A DNA stretch of 64,000 bases from Balamuthia mandrillaris (lineage: Eukaryota). The notes under the pieces were generated by a model, which was not told the origin of the DNA, did no database searches, and was given only the letters and a program-made list of their open reading frames with translations. Of the stretch, positions 1 through 16,294 are shown one piece after another. The stretch covers positions 372,001 through 436,000 of the forward strand of contig JAVKOQ020000008.1 in the NCBI GenBank assembly GCA_031835245.2, in the 5' to 3' direction. Every line of letters starts with the position of its first letter. The first letter of the stretch is position 1. The position numbers and the translations under genes were made by a program.

Positions 1-1935
1 CAGAAGCGACGTTGAAGAGCGGCAATGACAACAAAGACGGGAAAGAGAAGCATCCAAGGAGATGCCGCCGAAGGCCCGTTGGGCGATATTGAAGAGGCTG
101 AGGAGGACAAAGAGGTCATGAACCAAAACGGCCATAGAGTGGCAAGGGAGCTTCGCGCCCAGGAGAGGGCTAAGCTCAAAGGATGATGTCGGTTGGAGAC
201 AATCTCTCTCTTGAACGAGGTGAAGCGATTGGAACCTCCTGATGAAGACCTTGCGAATGAGGCAGAGGAAGAAGATGAAGAGGAAGAAAGAAAAGAGGAA
301 GGTTCGGAAGAAAGAACGGTAGTGGCGGAGAGATCTTTGGAGGAGGGATGGATGTAAGAGGTGAGAGGGATGATGAGAGCAGTCATATCATCTATCTTGG
401 GTTCTCTTCCTCCCATTGCGGATTCCTCTTCCCTGCATCGTGCTTCCTCCACTAATAGTTGTGCTACTGTTGTTGCTTCCTCTTTTCAAAGAAATGCGAT
501 GAGCGACTACCAGCAGGAGAAGAGGAGAGAATAAAGGGCGGAGAGTAACCTGTCTTTAGCTTCTCATGGATAAAAGAAATGACCGCTTGATTGCCTTCAG
601 GAAAGGCGTTGTAGACGCCATCACTCAGCAAAACCAAAAACTCGTCTTCGTCAGGCCGTATGTATTCTTTGCATACATGTACAAACCGCTTGTCAAAAGC
701 ATCTGACCCAAAGTTGGTGTCTTGTTTGTGGTAATGTCGGTTACAAGCAGCACAGAAAAGTGATGAAAGCAGAAAGAGAGCCAAAACAGACAGCAGGAGC
801 GGAAAAGACAAGCTTACCAGGGCAAGAATCAACTGAGAGTTGAACAGCCTTGCTGCACCGACAAAGCAATGCCCTCGAGTCTCCACAGTTGACTACAGTT
901 AGAGTGGCATTGTCTTCGCGGTTCCTAGCGGCCGCCACCTCTTTCTTTCCAGCAGCAAAAGCAAAGGAAGAACTGCAAGATGGCCTTTCGATAAAAGCAA
1001 TCACCGCTGTAGAGCCGCTTCCAATCATGCATTGAGGTCGTAAGTCCTGGTGTACTTCCTCGCATTGTTGCCTCAAAAAGGCTTTCTCTTCTTGCTCCTT
1101 CATTCCTTCTTCCTCTTCTCCTTCTTGTTCATGTTCCCGTTCTCTCTCCCGTCGGGACCCAAGTGTACATCTTCTTCCAAGTTGCCTCTTACCTTTCCGT
1201 TCTATTCCATTCATCTCTCTTCTCGGACGCTGTTGTGCTTCTTCCTCCTCCTCTTCAGCAAGAAAAAGAGAAGAAGAGGAGGATAGGAAGGATAAGGCAC
1301 GATGGTGGCGCAAGCGTTCAAAGGCACGAGGTAGGTGCTTGCTCAGGTAGCTAGACACATCTCTAGGATCCAGTTGAGTCCGAATGTCATAGCTCAGCCT
1401 GAATAGCAATAGAGTTTAAGCAAGGAATTGAAAAAGAAGAAGAAGAAGAAGAAGAAGAAGAAGAAGAAGAAGAAGAAGAAGAACAAGAAAAAGAAGAAGA
1501 ACAAGAAGCACAAGAACAATAACAAGAAGCGAATCAGAAGAGTAGCAACTACAACACGAATAATCACAACAAACAACAAACAACTAACAACAAGGTGAAC
1601 GAGAAGAAGAAGCAGCAAGAGGTGAGGAGGTGGTACTCGACCCCATTGCAGCAGCAACAGAAGGCCATTCATCCTCACTGACGCCAATGATGGAGAGCAA
1701 AAGCTCCTTGGTCTTGCCATTGCCTAGCCAGCCAAAGTTAGTTTCCAGCTTTTTCATCAAAAAAAAAAAAAAAGAAACAAAACACAAAGCAAAGCAAACC
1801 ATCATACACTCCAAAGATGCCCTCCTCGACGTTCATGCTGTAGGCATCCTCGTTGACCTTCCTGCCCGAGCTGTCCCTGCCCGCCAGGGAATAGCAGCCC
1901 GCTTCTGCCCCTCCGTGATGCTTCCTCTCCTCCAT
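1..1935 (-). CDS. PP2C/PPM-family protein phosphatase, multi-exon, 3' end runs off the window
   Basis: Spliced motifs GR..NEDAY, GIFGVYDG, GSTAVIAFI, VVNCGDSRALLC, FLVLLSDGVY and IDDMTALII. The reading frame stays open to position 1 with a hydrophobic tail. Confidence 0.8.
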
Positions 1936-2311
1936 GATCACAAAGCCTTTGCCTCCTCTATTGGTGGGGCACCTTCCTTCCTCGTTTCACCTATTTTTTT
2001 TGTTTTTTGTTTTGTTTTTGTTTTTTTTTTTTGCAAAGAAAATTCGAATAAGTTAAAAAAAAAGAACGATACCTCACATCGGATTCGAACTGGCGGCATC
2101 CCACAATCGACCTCCAAATGACCTGCAATTCTGCAGCATTTGATAACCCTGTCTTTTTTGTTTTTTTTGTTTTTGAATTTTTTTATTTATTCATTTTTTT
2201 ATTTATTTATTTATTTATTTGCGTTTGTTTTGTTTTGCTTTGCTCTGCTGCAAACAAAACCAAACCAAACAAATAAAGAAGAAGATAGGGTTTAATGAAA
2301 GAAAGGAAATA

Positions 2312-4783
<2,472 letters not shown>

Positions 4784-5331
4784 TATGGCTCTCTCTTTTT
4801 CTTTCTGGTTTTTATTTTTTTTTTACAAGAATTATTCTAGATTTTTTTCCAGGAAAAACAATTAACAAAAAAAAAGGGGATGGTCAATTTGAGGAGCACT
4901 TGAGCAATTAGCGAAAAGGCATCGACAAACGCACGCGGCCCGGTTTTGTCTTATGGAGTGTGGCGCGCAAACCCCGTGGCAAAACTAGGACGTGAACGTT
5001 CGCCATCAAGGATACCTTGGCGTAACTGTCATTTTCGTTTCTTCCGTTCGTAAGAGGGGGGAGAAAGCGGAGACCATTCGCTCTTGTCATCCTTGTTATA
5101 ACTTTTTTTGGAGCCCTCCTGAGGAAAAGCCTGCTTCTTTGGCTTTGTCACCCACCACCGGTGTACGTCTCCTCTTGTTGTTTTTTTTTTTGTTTTTTTG
5201 TTTTTTTGTTTTTTTGTTTTTTTTTTTTTGCACCCCAGAGTCTGATCTGACCATCAAATTATCTTTTGAATAAAAAGCAAAGGAACAAAAAAAAAATAGA
5301 ACATAAAAAAGCACTTCATCTCAACAAAGGA

Positions 5332-5645
5332 ATGGCAGTCTTGGCTGACATTGCGGACCTCATGGGCGGCAAAGCAGAGCAGGTGCTCTACCTCGCCCTG
5401 CTGCTCCTGGCCTACCCGCTCTCCCTCGTCCACCGCTTCCTCATCCCCTCCGCCACCGGCCGCCACGTCTTTGGGCTGGCGTGCGGCCTGCTCTTCGCCT
5501 GGACGGCCTTCCAGTACGACATTGTCCACTTCTTTGCCACCGCCACGGGCGTCTACTGCCTCTGTCGGTTCGTGCCGGGCAAGACGGCTCCCATTCTTGC
5601 CCTCCTGTTTGCTCTCTTTTACCTTTCTGCCGGGTATGTTCTCTC

Positions 5646-5678
<33 letters not shown>

Positions 5679-6296
5679 GCTCTCTCTCTGTCTCTCTCTC
5701 GCTCTCTCTCGCTCTCTCGCTCTTCTCTCTCTTAACCCGTTTTCTTCTGTTGATGGCTTAACCACATCTCATCTCATCTCATCTCATCTCTTCCAATAAC
5801 AAAAAAAAGACATCTTTGGCGTATGTATGAGGCTCACACGGACCGTCACTGGAGCTCTCCACAGATGTTGATCACCATCAAGATCACCAGCTTTGCTTGG
5901 TCTTATTATGATGGACAACGTCCTGCTGAGGTTCGCGTCCCGCAATGCTTCCTTCCTTTTCTCCTTTGCCCTTTTGTTTTTTCTCTTCTTCCTTCTTCTG
6001 CCACCCTCTTTCCGTTTCTTCATTTTTGTTTACTGATGTTTTTCTTCTTTTTCAATAACATCGAAACAGAGTTTGAGCGAAAGTCAAAAGGCTCGTGCCA
6101 TCCAAAAGTTGCCCTCTCTGCTCGAATACTTCAGCTACATCTTTTTCTTTGCCGGCTTCTTGACGGGACCTTGCCCCGAGTTCAAAGAATACAAAGACTT
6201 TGTTGACCGTTCTCTTTTCAAAGCTGAGGTTACTTCCTTCTTTCTTCTTGTTTGTCGTTCATTTTTCGTTATCTGAATTGTGGGCTGCTCTCTCTC

Positions 6297-6344
<48 letters not shown>

Positions 6345-7849
6345 AACAGGGAGGTAAGATCCCGGAAGGCTCCTATTTCGCCGCCACTCGACAACTCATG
6401 ATGGGCTTGTTGTGCCTTCCTTTGCACTTTGTCTACCAATACGTGCATGAAGGCTATACCGTCACAGATGAGTTCTATCAACACAACTTCTTCTGGAAGT
6501 GCGTCTCTTTCGTTCAACACCTCTTTTCCTTTCTCTTTCTCTTTCTCTTTCTCTTTCTCTTTCTCTTTCTCTTTCTCTTTCTTTTCTCTTTCTCTTTCTC
6601 TTTCTCTTTCTCTTTCTCTTTCTCTTTCTCTTTCTCTTTCTCTTTCTCTTTCTCTTTCTCTTTCTCTTTCTCTTTTTTCTCTCTTTCTCTCATGCCTTAC
6701 TGAACGTTAAACTCGCTTTCAAAAGGTATGGTTATATGATTGTATCGGCAGAAATTGGCTTCTACAAGTACTATGTTGTGTTCTTCCTTGGTGAGGGAGC
6801 ATGCATCTTATCTGGGCTTGGTTACAACGGAAGAGACAAGCAAGGCAGAGTACAATGGTTGGATCATTCCTCTTTGTCATGTATCTTTTCCTTGTTAATC
6901 GTTTGCCATTACTTTCTGGCGTTGCCTTTACTTTAGGGACCGCGTACTTATGTTGAAGTTCTTCCCGTTCAAGTTGGCACAGGATCCCAGCACCCTTGCC
7001 GCCAACTGGAACATTCCTTCTGCAAACTGGCTCAAAAGATGTAAATTCTCTCTCTCTCTCTCTCTCTCTCTTCTGCTAATGATTCTTTTTCAAAGACGTC
7101 TATGTAAGATTGTTGCCCCAGAGGCCCGCCAAAGGTGATACTTCCTCTGAACCCGTCGAAGAGAAGCAAAAGAGCAGCCAAATGCAAAAGATGCTCCCTA
7201 TGTTTGCCACATTCTTCGTTAGCGCATTTTGGCATGTGCGTATTTCATCCTTCACGAAGCTTCTTGCTCCGTTTCTGAACCTGTTATCTTTTTGCTCCTT
7301 TACAACAGGGATTCTATCCTGGATACTATATGTTCTTCCTCTCTTTGGCATGCTTCGCTGCGCTTGGTGGATGTAAGTCTCCTTTTTGTGCTTTTCTTTC
7401 TCTTTCGTTGTTTCTCTCTCCATACTACTCTTCGTCTGTTCGCTTGTTTTTACGCCACACTAATGGACTGCTTCTAATCCAAAGTGAATCGGCTGTACAT
7501 CCGGCCTTTCTTCTTGGAGGAGGATGGCAAGACGCCCAAGTATCCCATCAAGTACCTCTACGACTTTATGTGCTGGTTCCTTACCTTTATCGGTCTGGAC
7601 TACCACATCATCGTCTTCCGCACGCTCACCTTCAGCAACGGCATGAAGGCCTGGGGCAGCGTCTACTTCTTCCCTCACATCCTTGGCCTCCTCTGCGCTC
7701 TCTACTACATCATAATCGGACCACCACGACGAAGGTCCCGCAAACCCCTCCAACAACAACGTCCTTCCACCTCCACCTCCACCGGCAAGGAAGAACGAGC
7801 CAAAAGCACGCTGGTCACGCCGACGACGCTGATGGCCAAAGAGGAGTAA
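5332..7849 (+). CDS. MBOAT-family lysophospholipid acyltransferase, multi-exon
   Basis: QMLITIKITSFAWSYYDG, PSLLEYFSYIFFFAGFLTGP, EGACILSGLGYNG, WNIPSANWLK and TFFVSAFWH-G(FYPGYY) carrying the catalytic His. Confidence 0.9.
6530..6680 (+). repeat. (TTTCTC)n intronic microsatellite
   Basis: Visible in an MBOAT intron. Confidence 0.9.
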
Positions 7850-8427
7850 AGAATAAATGAATGAATCAGCTAACCAATGAGAAAACAGAAATCTATGAAG
7901 ATTAGATACATGTCGTCATGAACGATACTCTGAGGGTTCATTTGATAGGTGTTTATTTTCGATTTTCTCTGAATCCCCTCCGCGAAGCTTGTACGCCTCA
8001 CAGGAAAAGGCGGAGAGCTTTTTTTTGTTTTGTTTTTGAAAGGGAAGACAAACAGCGAAACAAGTCAGTGAGCGAGTCTTTTTTTTTTTTTTTGAAAAAA
8101 AATAAAAAAATATTTGGGGACTTTGAAGAAGTCGAAAACAAAGTAGCGCCCAAGCAAGCAGAAAAGAAGAAGGGAGAACGCAAGACGGGAAGGAAACATA
8201 CACACATCAAACAAAAAAACACAACGAAACACACACACACAAAAGAAGTAGAAGCCAGTTGTGATATGTGCGGTTTGTGGTGAAGCGCTTGCAGCGGAAA
8301 AAAAAAAAGAACAAAAAGGTAACCTAGTCTTTTTGTGTGTGTCAACGCCTATTTTTTTTTTCCACTCCTCTTGAAGAGGCTAAACCTTTTTTTTTTTCGA
8401 TTGCAAAAAAGAATAGAGAGAAAAAAA

Positions 8428-11400
8428 ATGCCAGCACGCAAAGGAACAAAAGTTCAAACGCCAGCCAGTGAGGAAGTTCGCTTTAAGGAAGCTGCCGAAT
8501 TGAAAGAGGCTTTGAGGTTTGTATTTCTCTCTCACTCTCGCGGAAACGCTCGAAAGGTAGAGAAGCGATAGGGATTGACTCCATTTCTTCCGTTTTCGTT
8601 TTTTTTTTTTGCGTGAATAACAAAGGCAATCGAGAGAAGAGACCTCTGCCATGACTTCACTGTCTGAGAAACCAACCAGCAAAGCCTGGACCGGGGGCAA
8701 CACTGTGGCCAGACTGGAGGCCGCGCAGTATGGCCTGGACGAGGAGGACCTCATGTTGGATTCTTTCCTCCAGTCCAAAGGCCTCGTCCGCAAACATACG
8801 CCCAAAGACGGAGCTTGCTTGGTACCTCATCCTCTTCCTACCTCTACTGCTGCTTTCTCGCCGTTGTTTGAAGCTCCTCTCACCCATGTTGTATTGCTAC
8901 AGTTCCGAGCCGTGGCGGAACATATTTATCACACTCAGTCGATGCACGCGAAAGTGCGCAAGCAGTGCGTCGAATTTCTGGAAGGTCACCATAAGGATTT
9001 TGTGGACTTTGTGTGCACCAGCAACATGCCGTACAAACAATATCTCGCACACATGAGACAGGTACGCCTTCCTGTCCGCTCTATTTTTCTTTTTCTTTCT
9101 CTTCTCTTCTCTTCATCGTTCTCTTCTCTTCATCGTTCTCTTCATCGTTCTCTTCATCGTTCTCTTCTCTTCATCGTTCTCTTCTCTTCATCGTTCTCTT
9201 CTCTTCTCTTCTCTTCATCGTTCTCTTCATCGTTCTCTTCTCTTCTCTTCATCGTTCTCTTCTCTTCATCGTTCTCTTCTCTTCATCGTTCTCTTCTCTT
9301 CTCTTCATCGTTCTCTTCTCTTCTCTTCGTCGTTCTCTTCTCTTCTCTTTTCTTCATCGTTCTCTTCATCGTTCTCTTCATCGTTCTCTTCTCTTCTCTT
9401 CATCGTTCTCTTCTCTTCTCTTCGTCGTTCTCTTCTCTTCTCTTCGTCGTTCTCTTCTCTTCTCTTCTCTTCTCTTCTCTTCTCTTCTCTTCTCTTCTCT
9501 TCTCTTCTCTTCTCTTCTCTTCTCTTCTCTTCTCTTCTCTTCTCTTCTCTTCTCTTCGTCGTTCTCTTCATCGTTCTCTTCTCTTCTCTTCTCTTCTCTT
9601 CTCTTCTCTTCTCTTCTCTTCTCTTCTCTTCTCTTCTCTTCTCTTCTCTTCTCTTCTCTTCTCTTCTCTTCTCTTCTCTTCTCTTCTCTTCTCTTCTCTT
9701 CTCTTCTCTTCTCTTCTCTTCTCTTCATCGTTCTCTTCTCTTCTCTTCATCGTTCTCTTCTCTTCTCTTCATCGTTCTCTTCTCTTCTCTTCATCGTTCT
9801 CTTCTCTTCTTCTCTTCTCTTCTCTTCTCTTCATCGTTCTCTTCTCTTCTTCTCTTCTCTTCTTTTTTCTTTTCTTTTCTTCTTTTTTCTTTTCTTTTCT
9901 TCTCTTCTTTCTTTCTTTCTTTCTTTCTTCTTTCTTCTTTTATTTTATTTTTATTTTGCTTTGATGCTGACACTCCTCTGCGATGAACAGCCAAACACGT
10001 GGGGCGGCGAAATAGAGCTCAAGGCCCTTGCACGAGCTTTCGACTGTGCCTTTCACATCTACCAACAATCCCAGGAAAAGCCAGTGGTCATTCAGGGAGA
10101 TGATGGCGAACAAAGAACGCCAAAGATGCTCTATTCCTTGAGCTTCTCACACAACAACCACTACGACGTGGTATATACCAAAGAGGAATTGGAGAGATTG
10201 ACTTTTTGTCAGGGTTTGGTCTACGAAATGGTTGACAAGGCATTGGGAGGAAGCGATGAGGGCAGCACATCCGCTCAGGGGCAAACAACTTTCAAGAACA
10301 TAGAGCTGGAGTCCTGGAAACATGAGATGAAGAGAAGAGAAGAAGAAGATCTGATGTACGCAGCGGTTATTGAGCGAGAGAACAACGGTTATACGAATAA
10401 TTCACAGGAAGACGATGAAGGAGAGTTTATAACGGTAGGGCGAAAGAAGAGAGGAAACGCAGCAGCCAAGTCCTCGTATTGGGGCAAAACGGGAGGCAAG
10501 GAGAGCAACGGAGTGGGCAGGGGTTATAGCGACGTCAGCCAACAAAGAGGGCCAAAGCTCAACAAAAGCTTCAACGGAAACAAACCGCGGGCACAGGGAA
10601 AGCAACATCACTTTGGCAATGGACACTATAAAGAAAGACCCGTTCGACCGGACGACAAAGAGAGCTTTCCGGTGCTTAAAGGCAGCGGATTGCGACTTCA
10701 GAGCTTTGAAGGTAAATCAACGGCACAACGGAAGGAAAAGGCAATCCAAAACGGGGAAGCGACCAATACGGAACAGAAGAACTCACCAGAAACGGCGCAA
10801 CAACAAACAACGACACAAGAAACCACCCCTGCTGCGACTACTCCTGGCACTACCTGGGGTGCTAAGAACTGGAGCTCCATCTTTTCTCAGACAGAACCCC
10901 CGGTGAAGCCTGAACCTGTCGCAAACAATCATGTTCCGGAGCAGAGCAACGAAGAGCCTGCCAAACAACACAGAAAGGGTTCTATGGAACGAGACCCCGC
11001 CACGAACAAACGAAACAAGGCCAGACCAGAGCGTAAAACCTCAGACAAAGGGAAGGCTAAGCTCTTTACTCAAAACGGGACATCCGACGCCACCGCCATT
11101 ACCAAAATGGACGAGCAATCACAACCAGAAAATAAAGCTGAGTCGTCACCCGCTCCTCTCGTTCCTCCGCCTGGTGCTAAGGGAATGTGGGCCACACCAA
11201 AGAACTGGTCCCAAACTTTTCTGGAACCTGTCTCTACACCAGCACCAATGACAACTTCATCTCAACAGCCTCACGACAGCCAACAAAACATCGACACTTC
11301 TTCTGCCGCTGAAAAGGCTACAACAGAGGCAAGTCCAATTGCAAGCAATGATTCCCAGGAACAACAACCTTCATCACCCTCTTCGTCACAAGAAAATACA

Positions 11401-13110
11401 GGAGATGCAAAGGCTGGAGTTCCTCAAAAATCAGAGAATCAGAACGAAGAGGGGCATGACTTAACAGATACTCGCGCAACTAACACTACTGAACATAAAG
11501 AGAGCAACAAAACCATCCCCATCGACGAAGAGGCAATTTCCTCTTCAACGAATCTAGGTTTGCATACCGAACACACTGAACAAGCATCCAACAATGAAAC
11601 CGAAAAGCCAACTTCGAAACCAACAGCATCCCCTATGACTGAAGAGACATCTGTCGCTACCGCTGCTGTTACTTCAAGCGGCGAGCAGCTTGTTGAATTG
11701 CAACAACCCAATGCAGCCGCACAGACGTTGGAAGATGAGCTTTACGACATACATCAACTGAACCACGCCATCAGCAACGCCATCACCATGAAGAAGCACG
11801 CAGCTGCTCTCTTCTCCCTCTCTTCTATCGCTTTTGGATCATTTACCGCAACAAATGATCCAACTACTTCCTCCGCTCAGAAACAACAAGCCTCCTCATC
11901 TTCTCAAGACTCATCTACCGTCGCGACCACAACTTCCACCACAGCCTCCGCCTCGCTCGTCGATGTAGATATCTCCAAAGCAACAGCGGAGAGCGAGGGT
12001 GCTATTCACTTCCAGTTTGGCACCTTCTCTCCCCGAGAGAAGCAATCCGCTGAAGAAATCTCCGCCCCAGAGGAAATCAAGTCGGAAAACAAACAACAAG
12101 GACCCACCAAACGAGAATCTCCTTCCACCTCTTCTTCTGCTTCACCCCAAAACGAAGCTACAACTACTGCCGATGAAAAGCAGCCACACAACACTCATAA
12201 ACCGCCCCGCGGCAACAACAAGTCTCACCAACACAACCGCACCAGCCCATCCTACCAACAACGCAACAAACACAACCGCCAAACGAACAATAGCAATTCT
12301 GAATCGTTGACCAGCGACACTGCTGCGCTTCCAACTCATCACCAATCCAGCTATGCCCCACCCCTTCATCATCCCCACGCCTATACTCCCCATTACCAAC
12401 ACCCTCACCCATACGTCCACCACCAACAGGCCTATCACTATCCTCATCAACAACAAGCCTACTATGCGCCTGCCGCCTATGTGCCTGCGCCCCATGCTGC
12501 CTACTATCCTTCTCACCCTCATTATAACCCCCACCATCCTCAATACCACCCTGCCGCTGTGCCTTATGCCTCTCACCACCTTCATCACCAAGGCATGGCC
12601 CCTTCTTCTCCTCAGGAAGGAGGAGCACAACCTTATTGGACTCCTTCCTCCACGGCATATGATGGCGCTGCTACCTACGAAACTTACGATGCTGCTCCCG
12701 CTGGTGTGATGTATCACGATGGTTCCTATGAGGGTGGCGTTGCTTATGAGGGAGGAGGCTATGAAGCTTATGCTCTCGCTCCCCATCCTGGCGCCATGGC
12801 GTATGCACCTCATCCTCACCATCCTCATCAGATGTATGGTGCTTATCATCCTGCTGGTGCGTATGATTACTCTGCCTATGAACAACCGGTGTACGCGGAC
12901 GGACCTACGGGCAGTTCTGAGCAAGCGGTTGTCTATCCTCACAGTCATCATCACTATTCGCCAAGCCAGCCTGATGCCTACACTCCTCCTTCCTCTTATT
13001 CCTCCACATCTTCTGTTCCTTATTCATCCTCCGCTTCTTCTGCATCTTCCTCATCATCTTCTTCGTCCTCTTCTTCTGCGTCTTCTTCCTCTTCCACTTC
13101 TTCTTCTTAG
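8428..13110 (+). CDS. OTU-domain deubiquitinase (OTUD4/OTUD5-like) with long disordered, Y/H/P-rich C-terminus
   Basis: Cys box KDGACL/FRAVA, WGGEIELKAL and His box HNNHYDVVY. Introns near 8518-8625, 8822-8902 and 9062-9990. Confidence 0.85.
9090..9900 (+). repeat. Intronic compound pentanucleotide satellite (CTCTT)n interspersed with CATCGTT/CGTCGTT variants
   Basis: Directly visible tandem repeat inside the OTU gene intron. Confidence 0.95.
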
Positions 13111-13448
13111 AGCTAAAATAAAATTGCTCCCCTATTTAACCGAGCATCGACCCAAGATTTTTGTTTTTATTTCGCCTTTTATGCACCAATGCCATCAGGC
13201 TATCCTTGGCTAAAGCAAGGGGATCGCCACGATAGCAGAGTCTTTCTTTTGCGTTGCTGGTTTCGCACCAGCACACACTTCCAACAGCTTCGAAGAAAGG
13301 GATGAAACGGCTGAGCAACAAAGAAGAAGTTATTTTTTTTGAGGGCTCAATTCTCTTGAGTCTCTGCCAACTCTCAACGGAGGGCAAAAATGAAGAGCAA
13401 AAACCGATTTTACTTACAAATAAGAACAAAACAACCGCCAAATGGGAT

Positions 13449-15375
13449 TTACGTTCGGAGCCTTTTTTCAGGTGGTGTGATGTCTCTGAGGCCAAAGGAG
13501 GGCGGCGGGAAACTCTTTCCACCACCACTATTGTTGCTGCCCATGGCAGATGATGCGGGTGGTGAACCAGAGGATGAGCCTTGGTGGTGTTGTTGTTGGC
13601 TGAAGGAAGATGAAGACGAAGAGGGATAATTGTTGTTGGGTTGAGAATAAGAGTGATTGTTGTTGGAATAGCCACCAGAACCAGAGGCAGTACTAATACC
13701 AGGAGGAGCCGTGGAACTGATGGGTTGGGATTGTTGTTGGGAGAGAGGAGTGGCGGTGGCCTCATAGCCTCTCTTCCCTCGAGAGTAAGGAGGTACGGGA
13801 GTGGCTTGCGAGTCAGCGGAGAGGCTTTCTAGCAAATGTGCATCGGTTGCTGTATGATGTGAACAGAGGGTTAAGAAAAGCATAGAGAGAGAAGCAGAGA
13901 AGAAGAGAAACGTACAGTCTTGAGACAGCGGTGGGAGGCCTTGTTGTTGCGAGTAATAAGGGTTTGTAGAGTTATTCATCTGACTTGGTGCGGTTCTAAT
14001 AGTGGGCGAAAAGTGAGGAGCAGAGTTGATGCCTCCTTGTTGTGGTTGTTGTACATCGACGGTTGTTTTCAAAGGAAGAGACTGTGAGACAGAACCCACA
14101 GACGAGTTGGAAGGCTGTTGCTGTTGCTGTTGCTGTTGCTGTGTGAAGGAGGGGCCTTGGGAATACGAGCCATGTTGTTGTTGCGGTTGAGGGCTAGTGA
14201 ATGAATAAGGCTTGTTATTGATACCAGTTGATGACGACGTCGAGGAAGAAGGTGAAGACTGGCCATAACCAGTTTGGGATGGTTGATAGGGAGACGTGAT
14301 ATTTTGTAGTTGTGGAGGTTGTGGATAGGCCGTAGGAGGAGCAAAGCCCTTCGCAGCAGACAGGTCATGAGGATTGTGAGCTGCCGAGGGAGCTGCTGGT
14401 GGCTGCATCTGGGAAAGAGCCGTTGTGGAGTAGCCGTTGATGCTGTTGGACACATATGGATTCACCGGACTCTCCTCCAAGAAACCCGCTTCGCCCTAAC
14501 CCACACAAGAAGAAAACAAAAGAGTACACAAAGAATAAGAGCTAAGCGGAAAAGAACATAAGCAAGAAACAAGAACCTTTTTGGAGGATTTCAACTTGGT
14601 CAAATGTTGTTTGTCGTAGAGACAGTTGCCGAGAGCATTGCCGTACAACCTGAGGGCACGCTTCCGGGCGTCCGACACGGCCTCCTTCTTGGCATGCTCG
14701 ATAGCGCTGCCTTTCTTCGGGTGTTCGGACATGCCGTAGCCCACGTCCTCGTGGTAGGTCCCATCCTTGAGGCAAACCTTCACGATGGCCGTCACTCCAA
14801 CAGAGTACCTTCCTTGTCGTGTCTCTTCAATCTTTGTTGAACGTTTTTTTTTTGTTAGGCAACAACAGATGAAAGGAAGCAGAAGAAGAAGAACAAGAAG
14901 AAGAAGAAGAAGAAGAAGAAGGAAGAAGAAGAACAAGAACAGAAGAAGAAGAAACAAGAAGAAGAGGAAAAGAACGAAAAAAAAAACAGCAGAAGTGGGT
15001 ACATAATCAGGCACAATGTCAACTACTGAGCAGCTCCACCCGTTGAATCCGAAAATCTGATTGGCAATCTCGATCGCTTTCCAACTTTCCACGTAGGTAT
15101 AATGTGCTGCCCAAGGGGTTTTTTTTAAAATGAGCAAAAAACATAAAAAGAAAGAAGAAAGTGCTTACATCCCGCAGCGCCAGGGCGAGTGGCCAGATGT
15201 TCCTTGCCCAGCTTCTTTTGCAAGAGCTCGCGCACGATCTGCCTCTCGCCGGGGCTGAACTCCTGGTGCCCAAACAGCCTGGGTTGGTTCGTGGAAGCAG
15301 AAGAAGAGGAAGAGGAGCCCTCCGACTTGTCTCTTGGTTACCTCCCCCACCGCCACCTTCTACATTTTTCTCCAT
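13449..15375 (-). CDS. RAD52: Rad52/Rad22 DNA single-strand annealing protein with Q/S/P-rich tail, multi-exon
   Basis: YVESWKAIEIANQIFGFNGWS, VGVTAIVKVCLKDGTYHEDVGYG and AKKEAVSDARKRALRLYGNALGNCLYDK. Confidence 0.92.
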
Positions 15376-16294
15376 TTACTACAGCTGCGACTGGTAGGTC
15401 TTCTTCGTTTTTTTTTTGCTGTGTTTTCTTTTGCGTTGGTTCTAAATTTTTTCCTGGCAGAGATTTTCATGTTTAATTATGCGAACGGAAATTTTTTGTT
15501 CCTGGAAATTATTTAAAAATGTTTGAGGAGCCTTCCATGTTAACTCGCGGGGCGAAACAAAAGGAGGAGAGTGAGCCGCTACGAAGTAGAGGCGTGAGCG
15601 CTTTTGCCGAGGTTCCTCTGTACTAGCCGCCATGGAAGCGTGGAGTGTTACAGTTCAACCTCGGTGACGTTCCGTTCATTGTCAGCAGGAACGTTATTTA
15701 GAATAGTTTTTACCCCATGCAAAAACAACAGACGTTCCCTCTGCTGTACACCGCTAGCTACGGTATTCCTAGGAATGCGACAGGAAACACTATTTTTTGC
15801 GGTGACGGGAACAACACGGAAGAGAGAGAGATTCACAAAAGCGCGCCTTCCTCGCGCGACATCAAAAATGCTTGCACCGGGAGTCGAACGGCTTCCGCTG
15901 ACGAAATTTCATCGATCCAACCATTGTATTTTCTTCTTTCGGCCGCTGGACTTGCCACCAGTTTTCTTCGAGATCCACAATCAAAAAACCGAAAATGCCA
16001 TCTTTAAAGTTGTAAAGCCTCTGGTTTGATTTTGAACTTCACCAGGCTTCCCTTCTCTTTCTCTTGGTTTTTTTGTTTATCTGTTTTGAAACCAAAGAAA
16101 CAAGAGAAGTGGCACCAACTTCCTTGTTAACCAAGTTCAACAACTTACCACAACCAAAAAAAAAAAAAAAAAAAGTGAAAAGAAATAGGTACCTCCTCAT
16201 CAACGCTTCTTTTCTATCCTGTTATATGTTTTCATTTTTGCTCACAACAAAAAAACTACCCACCACCGAACGAAACAAAAAAGAATTCACTGAC

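Noticed and set aside
2060..2140. Minus-strand GTTCGAATCC (B-box-like) followed by a T-run, suggesting a tRNA
   Set aside because: Flanks do not form a T-stem or acceptor stem and no cloverleaf is found. At most an isolated TFIIIC site.
9013..9990. N-terminal 'SSLLF' repeat part of the 1365-aa ORF and the KRREE antisense ORFs
   Set aside because: Translation of an intronic (CTCTT)n satellite bounded by GT..AG; the OTU domain is continuous only if it is spliced out.
15860..15960. Minus-strand GTTCGACTCCC followed by TTTTT, suggesting a tRNA or Pol III gene
   Set aside because: No paired T-stem or cloverleaf; cannot be supported without tRNAscan/Infernal.
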